A DNA stretch of 30,463 nucleotides, counting the filler, from Nitrospirae bacterium CG2_30_53_67 (GTDB taxonomy: Bacteria; CG2-30-53-67), in the NCBI GenBank assembly GCA_001873285.1. It is 3 parts of 3 records of this genome, joined end to end, with 100 filler letters (N's around TTAATTAATTAA, not from the genome) between each part and the next. Parts side by side here need not be neighbours in the genome. Positions count along the whole stretch, not along the records: positions 21,828 to 30,463 come from MNYV01000129.1; 2 more parts are not named here. One strand, 5' to 3'. A program made the translations under genes and the position numbers. The notes below the pieces were generated by a model. It saw nothing but the letters and a program-made list of their open reading frames with translations, did no database searches and was not told the origin of the DNA. Positions 24,101 through 30,463 of the stretch are shown here, piece by piece. Position 1 is the stretch's first letter. Each line of letters starts with the position of its first letter.

Positions 24101-25573
24101 ATGACCAGGGATGAGATACGGGAAATCCTTTCAAAGGTCAAAGGCCGGAAGATCCTCGTGGTCGGGGACGTGATGGTGGACGAGTATATCTGGGGGAAGA
24201 TCGAACGGATTTCCCCGGAGGCCCCGATCCAGGTGGTGGATGTCCAGTCCGAGAATGCCGTCATGGGAGGGGCCGCGAATGTGGTCTCCAACCTGACCGG
24301 CCTGGGGGCCAGGGTCTATCCTGTCGGGGTCGTGGGCCGGGATCAGAAAGGGACCTTCCTGAAGGAGCGTCTTCAGGAGCAAGGGGTCCGGATCCAGGGC
24401 TTGGTCACGGACCCGGGCCGTCCCACCTCCACCAAGACCAGGATCATGGGACAGAACCAGCAGCTTTTGCGAATAGACCGAGAGTATAAAACCCCGGTGA
24501 GCAGGGCCTCGGAGTCCCGTCTCCTGCATTATATCTACAGGCAGGTTCAGGACTGCGATGCCGTGATCCTCTCGGATTACGGGAAGGGGGTGTTGACCCC
24601 TGGGGTTCTCGCAGGGACGATCCATGCGGCGAAAAAGGCGAAAAAGATAGTTATTGCGGATCCCAAGGGACACGATTTCAGCCGTTACCGCGGGGTCACC
24701 TGTCTGACCCCCAACCGCAAGGAGGCCGAGGAGGCCTGCGGCCGGCCCGTGCAAAGCCGAAGAGATATGCTCAATGCCGCAAGGCATTTGCAGCGAATCT
24801 TGAAGAGCCGGGCCTGCCTGATCACGCTGGGCAAGGACGGGATGGCCCTTCTCAACAGGAAAGACTTCACCGTCATTCCCACGGTCGCCAGGGAGGTCTA
24901 TGATGTCTCAGGGGCAGGCGACACCGTGATTGCGGTTTTAACGCTGGTTGCTTCCGCGGGATACGATCTTGAGACCGCGGCGGCCCTGGCCAATACCGCG
25001 GCAGGGATTGTCGTGGGCAAGGTCGGAACGGCCAGGGCCGCTCCGCAGGAGATCCTCGATTACGACCGGGATACCCTCGACACCTCCGCCCGCAAGATCT
25101 TCATGCTGCAGGAACTTAAGGACCAGATCCGGAGCATCCGGAAGCAGGGACGCAAGGTCGTCTTTACGAACGGCTGTTTCGACCTTCTCCATGTTGGGCA
25201 TATCCGGTACCTGCAGGAGGCCAGGCGTCTTGGAGACTGCCTGGTGGTCGGTTTGAACAGCGATGGATCCGTGCGCAGGCTCAAGGGCAAGCGGCGTCCG
25301 TTGATTTCCCAGGAGGAGCGGGCGCATATCCTCTCGGCGCTCGACTGTGTGGATTATCTGGTCATCTTCGATGAACTGACCCCGTTGAACCTGCTCCGGA
25401 AACTGAAGCCCGATATCCTGGTCAAGGGCGGAGACTACAAGAAGAGCGAGGTGGTGGGCGCAGACCTGGTGGAGTCCTATGGCGGCCGGGTCGCCCTGAT
25501 CCCGGTGGTTAAGGGAAAGTCCACGAGCGATATCGTGGAGAGGATCGTGGAGCGGTACGGGAAGGGCGTGTGA
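24101..25573 (+). CDS. hldE: Bifunctional heptose-7-phosphate kinase / heptose-1-phosphate adenylyltransferase
   Basis: GDVMVDEY..G...RISPEAP, SDYGKG, TPNRKEA, DVSGAGDT kinase domain, plus FTNGCFDLLHVGH, GLNSDGSV and KGGDY nucleotidyltransferase domain. Confidence 0.97.
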   Translation: MTRDEIREILSKVKGRKILVVGDVMVDEYIWGKIERISPEAPIQVVDVQSENAVMGGAANVVSNLTGLGARVYPVGVVGRDQKGTFLKERLQEQGVRIQGLVTDPGRPTSTKTRIMGQNQQLLRIDREYKTPVSRASESRLLHYIYRQVQDCDAVILSDYGKGVLTPGVLAGTIHAAKKAKKIVIADPKGHDFSRYRGVTCLTPNRKEAEEACGRPVQSRRDMLNAARHLQRILKSRACLITLGKDGMALLNRKDFTVIPTVAREVYDVSGAGDTVIAVLTLVASAGYDLETAAALANTAAGIVVGKVGTARAAPQEILDYDRDTLDTSARKIFMLQELKDQIRSIRKQGRKVVFTNGCFDLLHVGHIRYLQEARRLGDCLVVGLNSDGSVRRLKGKRRPLISQEERAHILSALDCVDYLVIFDELTPLNLLRKLKPDILVKGGDYKKSEVVGADLVESYGGRVALIPVVKGKSTSDIVERIVERYGKGV

Positions 25574-25578
25574 GGGTA

Positions 25579-25722
25579 TAAGGGGTCAAGTGAAGTGTTA
25601 AAAACATAAGGGGCCAAGGGTCCGAGGGTTCAAGGGGTCAAGTGTTGTTCTCTGGAGATTTTACTTGCTTTTTAGTATTTCACTTGAATCCTTGACCCCT
25701 CGACCCCTTTTTTACCCGTTAA
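25579..25722. repeat. Octamer-array element without nested inserts
   Basis: Collinear with about 23790-24029, including the spacer AGTGTT(G/T)TTCTCTG(G/A)AGATTTT and the right arm AGTATTTCACTTGA...TTTTTACCC. Confidence 0.9.
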
Positions 25723-25748
25723 GTCCTTCGATTCATAAAACGTATATT

Positions 25749-26720
25749 ATGGCGAAATCAGAAAAAAAGAAAAATGGGCAGTTGATTCGGGTGGGCGTCG
25801 TGGGGGTCGGATACTTGGGACAGCACCATGTCAGGAACTATGCGGAGATGCCCGGGATCCGGCTTGAGGGTGTGGCGGACGTGGACCCGGGCCGAGCCCA
25901 AGAGATCGCCGGAAGGCACGGAGTCAGGGTCTTTCGCGGCTACCGGGAGATGATCCCGGACGTGGATGCCGTGAGTATCGTCTCCCCGACGGTCACGCAT
26001 TTTGAGATAGCGAAGGATTTCCTGGAACAGGGTGTGGATGTCCTCGTCGAGAAACCCATGACCGAGACCCTGGCACAGGCCGGGGAACTGATCCGGATTG
26101 CCGATCAGAATCAAAGGATCCTGCAGGTCGGACATATCGAGCGGTTCAACGGGGCCGTGCGGGAACTGGAACGGCTGGTCAAGAATCCCGGTTTCATCGA
26201 GGTCCATAGGCTCAGCTCCTTTACGGGGCGGGCCACGGACGTGGATGTGATCCTGGATCTCATGATCCATGATATCGATATCATCCTCAGCTTGGTCCAC
26301 TCGCCGGTCCGGGAGATCCGGGCCAAGGGGGTTCCGGTGATCACGTCGAATGTGGATATTGCCAATGCCAGGCTCGAGTTTGAGAACGGCTGTGTGGCCA
26401 ATGTGACGGCCAGCCGGGTTTCCACCCACCCGCAGAGGAAGATGCGGTTCTTTCAGCCCGACGCCTATATCTCAATTGATTTTCAGGAACAAAAGGTGGC
26501 CTGCTACCGGAGGATCGGGGACCCAAAGGCATTTCTCGACGGGCATCCGCCCAGGATTGTCGAGGAGAAGATTTCCATCGGGAGGGAGGAGCCCTTGAAG
26601 GTGGAACTTACAGCCTTTGTTGAAGCGGTCCGGACTCGAGCCGCTCCGGTGGTCTCCGGCCGGGAAGGGATGAAGGCCCTGGAGGTGGCGACCAGCATCC
26701 TTCGGGAGATCGGCGCTTAG
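25749..26720 (+). CDS. Gfo/Idh/MocA-family oxidoreductase, probable UDP-GlcNAc 3-dehydrogenase (GnnA-like)
   Basis: GVVGVGYLG, VEKP, QVGHIERFN, DVILDLMIHDID; position between lpxA and lpxB. Start set at ATG 25749 because the ORF-track extension is repeat-derived. Confidence 0.85.
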   Translation: MAKSEKKKNGQLIRVGVVGVGYLGQHHVRNYAEMPGIRLEGVADVDPGRAQEIAGRHGVRVFRGYREMIPDVDAVSIVSPTVTHFEIAKDFLEQGVDVLVEKPMTETLAQAGELIRIADQNQRILQVGHIERFNGAVRELERLVKNPGFIEVHRLSSFTGRATDVDVILDLMIHDIDIILSLVHSPVREIRAKGVPVITSNVDIANARLEFENGCVANVTASRVSTHPQRKMRFFQPDAYISIDFQEQKVACYRRIGDPKAFLDGHPPRIVEEKISIGREEPLKVELTAFVEAVRTRAAPVVSGREGMKALEVATSILREIGA

Positions 26721-26781
26721 TGGTCCTGTTCGTAAATAGGGTGATGCACTCGAATGCCGCCGCATTTAAGAATAGGGCCGC
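26720..26781. mobile_element. Internally deleted 62-bp copy of the 7160-7321 MITE-like element
   Basis: GTGGTCCTGTTCGTAAATAGGGTGA joined to GCACTCGAATGCCGCCGCATTTAAGAATAGGGCCGC; both parts match the ends of the long copy. Confidence 0.82.
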
Positions 26782-26814
26782 TTCAGCTCAGAAAAATTCT
26801 TGAGCGGACCGCAG

Positions 26815-27954
26815 ATGTCAGACCAAAAAAGCATCATGATCATAGCCGGTGAGGCGTCCGGCGACCTGCATGCCTCCTCTCTGGTCCTCGAGATCCGGAA
26901 GTTAATCCCGGATGCGCGTTTTACAGGCATCGGAGGGAGCAGGATGCGTGATGCCGGGGTGGATCTGATCCTGAATAACCGAGAGATCGCCGTGACCGGG
27001 TTCTCCGAGGTCTTCTCCAAAGTCCGAAACATTCTTAAGGCCTTTCGTATGGTCAAGGAGACGATGCGCAGGGCCCGGCCCGATCTTCTGATCCTCCTGG
27101 ATTTTCCGGACTTCAACCTCAGGGCGGGAAAGACGGCCAGGCGCATGGGGATCCCGGTCATCTACTACATCAGTCCCCAAGTCTGGGCCTGGCGCAGGGG
27201 AAGGGTCCGGACCATTCAGAAACTGGTGGAGAAGATCATGGTCATTCTCCCCTTTGAGGCCCCCCTCTACGGGGACAAGGGGGTCTTCGTGGGGAACCCC
27301 CTGCTCGACGTGGTCAGGCCTTCACTCCCTGCAGGCGAGGCCAGGGAGCAGTTCGGGCTCAGGAAAAAATCTCCTGTGGTGGCGCTTCTCCCCGGAAGCC
27401 GGGAGAACGAGATCCGGCAGCTCCTGCCGATCTTTTTAAAGGCGGCGCATCTGATCCGGGAACAGGTTCCGGACATTCAGTATCTCCTGCCCGTGGCTCC
27501 CACGGTTTCTGAGGAAAAGATTCAGCCGATGATCCAGGAGACGGGTATCCTCATTCGCTTGGTCAGGGACCGGGTCTATGATGCGATCGCACTTTCGGAT
27601 TTCGCCGTGGTGGCCTCGGGCACGGCCACACTCGAGACGGCCATCCTCGGAGTTCCCATGCTGATCGTCTACAAGATGTCGAGGATGAGCTATCTCATGG
27701 CCAGCCGGCTCGTCCGTGTTCCCCATATCGGCCTGATCAACATGGTGGCCGGGGAACGGATCGTCCCGGAGCTGATCCAGGACCAGCTCACCCCCGATCG
27801 GATCATGAAGGAGGTCCTCCATGTCCTGAAAGACAGGGTGCGGTCCGCAGAGATTTCTAAAAAACTTAAGCAAGCGGTCTCCCGTCTGGGCGGACCGGGC
27901 GCCTCGGCCCGCGCGGCCGAGGTCGTCGTGCAATGTCTCGAGGGGAAGGGATGA
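26815..27954 (+). CDS. lpxB: Lipid-A-disaccharide synthase
   Basis: IAGEASGDLH, DFPDFN, YISPQVWAWR, LLPGSR, ASGTATLE, PELIQ. Confidence 0.97.
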   Translation: MSDQKSIMIIAGEASGDLHASSLVLEIRKLIPDARFTGIGGSRMRDAGVDLILNNREIAVTGFSEVFSKVRNILKAFRMVKETMRRARPDLLILLDFPDFNLRAGKTARRMGIPVIYYISPQVWAWRRGRVRTIQKLVEKIMVILPFEAPLYGDKGVFVGNPLLDVVRPSLPAGEAREQFGLRKKSPVVALLPGSRENEIRQLLPIFLKAAHLIREQVPDIQYLLPVAPTVSEEKIQPMIQETGILIRLVRDRVYDAIALSDFAVVASGTATLETAILGVPMLIVYKMSRMSYLMASRLVRVPHIGLINMVAGERIVPELIQDQLTPDRIMKEVLHVLKDRVRSAEISKKLKQAVSRLGGPGASARAAEVVVQCLEGKG

Positions 27955-29699
27955 AAACCTATAAGCGTCTCCTCCAGTTCATGATCCGGTATAAGGGGTA
28001 TTTTGCACTTTCGTTTGTCTGCATGGGATCGGTTGCCTTGGCCAAGGGGGGATTGGCGTGGGTGGCCGGACCGCTCGCACAGGGGATATTCCTCTCCAAG
28101 AAAGAGTCCATGCTCACCCTCATGCCCGCAGCCATCCTCTCCGTCTATATCTTCCGAGGGCTCGGGATGTACGGGCAGGCCTATTTCATGGCCCTGGTCT
28201 CCCAGCGGACCATACGCGACATCCAGAACGCCGTCTATGAGCATCTCCTGAAGATGTCCCTGTCGTTTTTTGTCCGGAACCCGACCGGCATCCTCATGTC
28301 CAGGATCACCAACGATGTGAACCTCGTACAGGAATCGGTCTCCAAGGCGCTCTCTGAAATGATCATGGAAAGCATGACCATCGTGATCCTATTTATCGTG
28401 GCCGTGCTCAAGGACCCGCTCATCACCATTATCTTCGTCGTGATCCTTCCCATCTCCACCATCCCCGTGGTCCGGTTCGGAAAGAAGCTCAGGAAGATCA
28501 GCACCAGGACGCAGGTCAATTTCGGGATCATCAGCAGCTTCCTCCACGAGACCATCACGGGGATACGGATCGTCAAGGCCTTCGGCATGGAGGCCTATGA
28601 GAATAAACGGTTCAGAGACCGAAGCCATCAGCTCTATCGTACCCGGCTTAAATCCAATGTGGTCAAGGGGCTCTCCGAGCCGATCATGGACCTGATCGAG
28701 GGGATCGGGGTATCCCTCGTGATCTACATCGGAGGGTTCAGCGTGATCCATGGGAGAATGGACTTTGCCGCGTTCACCACGCTCATGGCGGCGATCGTGA
28801 TGATGTATTCCCCGGTCAAAAAACTCAGCAAGGTGCATTATATGATCCAGGAGGGGATGGCTGCGGCCGACCGGATCTTCGGTTTGATGGACCAGGCGCC
28901 CGAGATCGAGGACAGTAAGGGGGCCATGGAACTCGCTCCTGTGCACGAGGGGGTGGTCTTCGACGACGTCTATTTCCGTTACGGAGACAGGATGGTGATC
29001 CAGGGGGTCTCGCTCACGGTCAAACCAGGAGAGGTGATTGCCCTGGTCGGGGCCAGCGGGGAAGGCAAGACCACGATGGTCAATCTGGTTCCCCGGTTTT
29101 ACGATGTGACCCGAGGTGCCATCAGGATCGACGGCAGGGATATCCGGGATGTGACCATGAAGTCCCTCCGGTCGCAGATCGCCATGGTGACCCAGGAGAC
29201 CATCCTGTTCAATGATACGGTACGGAACAATATCGCCTACGGACTGGAGGATATTTCCGAGGATGAAGTCATCCGAGTCGCCAAGGCGGCCAATGCCCAC
29301 GCCTTTATCATGGAAATGCCCCAGGGATACGACACGGAGATCGGAGAGAGCGGGATGACCCTCTCCGGAGGGCAGAGACAGCGGCTCTCCATCGCCAGGG
29401 CCCTGCTCAAGAACGCCCCGATCCTGATTCTGGATGAGGCCACATCGGCCCTGGACACGGAATCCGAACGCGTGGTCCAGGACGCCATCAACAACCTGAT
29501 GAAGGGGAGGACCACCTTCGTCATCGCCCACCGTCTCTCCACGATCACCGGCGCGGACCGGATCCTGGTGATCCAGGAAGGGAAGATTGCGGAGAGCGGA
29601 CGGCACGAAGACCTCCTCAGGAATGGCGGCATCTACAGGCAGCTCTACGAACGGCAGTTCCAGGAGGGGGAGAACCCTCGAGAGGAAGCGGCTGAATGA
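27951..29699 (+). CDS. msbA: ABC exporter permease/ATPase, MsbA-like lipid A flippase
   Basis: Transmembrane N-terminal half, Walker A GASGEGKTT, LSGGQRQR, ILILDEATSALD, IAHRLST; ATGA overlap with lpxB. Confidence 0.9.
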   Translation: MKTYKRLLQFMIRYKGYFALSFVCMGSVALAKGGLAWVAGPLAQGIFLSKKESMLTLMPAAILSVYIFRGLGMYGQAYFMALVSQRTIRDIQNAVYEHLLKMSLSFFVRNPTGILMSRITNDVNLVQESVSKALSEMIMESMTIVILFIVAVLKDPLITIIFVVILPISTIPVVRFGKKLRKISTRTQVNFGIISSFLHETITGIRIVKAFGMEAYENKRFRDRSHQLYRTRLKSNVVKGLSEPIMDLIEGIGVSLVIYIGGFSVIHGRMDFAAFTTLMAAIVMMYSPVKKLSKVHYMIQEGMAAADRIFGLMDQAPEIEDSKGAMELAPVHEGVVFDDVYFRYGDRMVIQGVSLTVKPGEVIALVGASGEGKTTMVNLVPRFYDVTRGAIRIDGRDIRDVTMKSLRSQIAMVTQETILFNDTVRNNIAYGLEDISEDEVIRVAKAANAHAFIMEMPQGYDTEIGESGMTLSGGQRQRLSIARALLKNAPILILDEATSALDTESERVVQDAINNLMKGRTTFVIAHRLSTITGADRILVIQEGKIAESGRHEDLLRNGGIYRQLYERQFQEGENPREEAAE

Positions 29700-30349
29700 A
29701 CCATACAAGGTGGACCGGCATCCTGCTCCCCGCCGCGGCCTCTCTGGTGATCAAGCTCACGGCTCTGACCCTCCGGCTGGATGTGGTCGGCAGGGAGCGC
29801 CTGGACCGGTTCAAGAAGGAAGGACGCCCGGTCCTTTTTGCATTCTGGCACAACCGGCTCCTCTATACCTGCTATTACCTCCGCAGGGAGAGGCTGACCA
29901 TGATGATCAGCAAGAGCCGCGACGGGGATCTCATCACCAGAGTGGCCCGTATCTTCGGGATCCGGGCGATCCGGGGCTCATCGTCGAGGGAGGGGATGAG
30001 GGCCATATCCGACCTGGCCCGTTTAATGCGGGAAGGGGGGAACGGGGGGATTACACCGGACGGTCCTCGAGGGCCCCTGTACCGGATGCAGATCGGGGCG
30101 CTGCTTGCGGCCAGGAGCGCAGGGGTCCCCATCCTGCCGGTCTCCATCAGCTTCAACCGGATGAAGGTGTTTCAAAGCTGGGACCGGTTCAGGTTCCCCT
30201 ATCCCTTTTCCAGGGCCGTGCTCGTCTTCGGCGAGCCCTTTCGGGTTCCCGATGATGCCCGAGGGGAGAAGATGGAAGCCCTGCGGGCCGAAGCCGAGCA
30301 GAGGCTGCAGAGCGTGACCGAGGCCTCGGACCATTATTTTTTGAAATAA
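29696..30349 (+). CDS. DUF374 / lysophospholipid acyltransferase family protein
   Basis: FWH, ISKSRDGD, IRGSSSR, TPDGPRGP, SWDRF..PYPF; usual neighbour of msbA and waaA. Confidence 0.85.
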   Translation: MNHTRWTGILLPAAASLVIKLTALTLRLDVVGRERLDRFKKEGRPVLFAFWHNRLLYTCYYLRRERLTMMISKSRDGDLITRVARIFGIRAIRGSSSREGMRAISDLARLMREGGNGGITPDGPRGPLYRMQIGALLAARSAGVPILPVSISFNRMKVFQSWDRFRFPYPFSRAVLVFGEPFRVPDDARGEKMEALRAEAEQRLQSVTEASDHYFLK

Positions 30350-30360
30350 AAGGTTCAAAA

Positions 30361-30386
30361 CGTTAAACCATTAAACCGTTTAACCG
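30361..30386. repeat. Short octamer tandem array
   Basis: CGTTAAAC CATTAAAC CGTTTAAC CG. Confidence 0.6.
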
Positions 30387-30408
30387 AATTTCATGAGAGA
30401 GACCGCGT

Positions 30409-30463
30409 GTGTTTTTTCTCTATAATCTGATCCTGAATATCTTCGTCGTGCTTGCCCTTCCCT
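30409..30463 (+). CDS. Probable start of Kdo transferase (WaaA/KdtA), truncated by the window end
   Basis: GTG start gives MFFLYNLILNIFVVLALP, which resembles the WaaA membrane anchor, and synteny fits. Only 18 codons are visible. Confidence 0.5.
   Translation, partial: MFFLYNLILNIFVVLALP

Overview
The window joins three unrelated contigs with two artificial 100-nt linkers (N44-TTAATTAATTAA-N44 at 12240-12339 and 21728-21827), so order across the linkers means nothing. The source is probably a GC-rich Gram-negative bacterium of deltaproteobacterial/Nitrospirota type (inferred from gene content). Contig 1 (1-12239) holds most of a complex I operon, nuoD-E-F-G-H-I-J-K-L-M, whose NuoG is long and formate-dehydrogenase-like. 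Contig 2 (12340-21727) holds a minus-strand AbrB/PIN (vapBC-type) toxin-antitoxin pair. It then has a divergent sigma70 promoter followed by a lone IscU/NifU scaffold and a second, distinct complex I operon (nuoA-B-CD-E-F-G-H, with fused CD and a short NuoG). Contig 3 (21828-30463) is an LPS/lipid A cluster: fabZ end, lpxA, an uncharacterised deoxyhypusine-synthase-like protein, hldE, a GnnA-like oxidoreductase, lpxB, msbA, a DUF374-type acyltransferase and the probable start of waaA. The most striking non-coding signal is that nearly every sizeable intergenic spacer holds a miniature repeat. These include MITE-like elements with terminal inverted repeats and target duplications, REP-like palindromes, and 7-, 8- and 9/10-nt tandem arrays arranged as inverted arms, several nested inside one another. 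No transposase, rRNA, tRNA or CRISPR array was seen. All calls come from motif recognition by eye; no searches were run.
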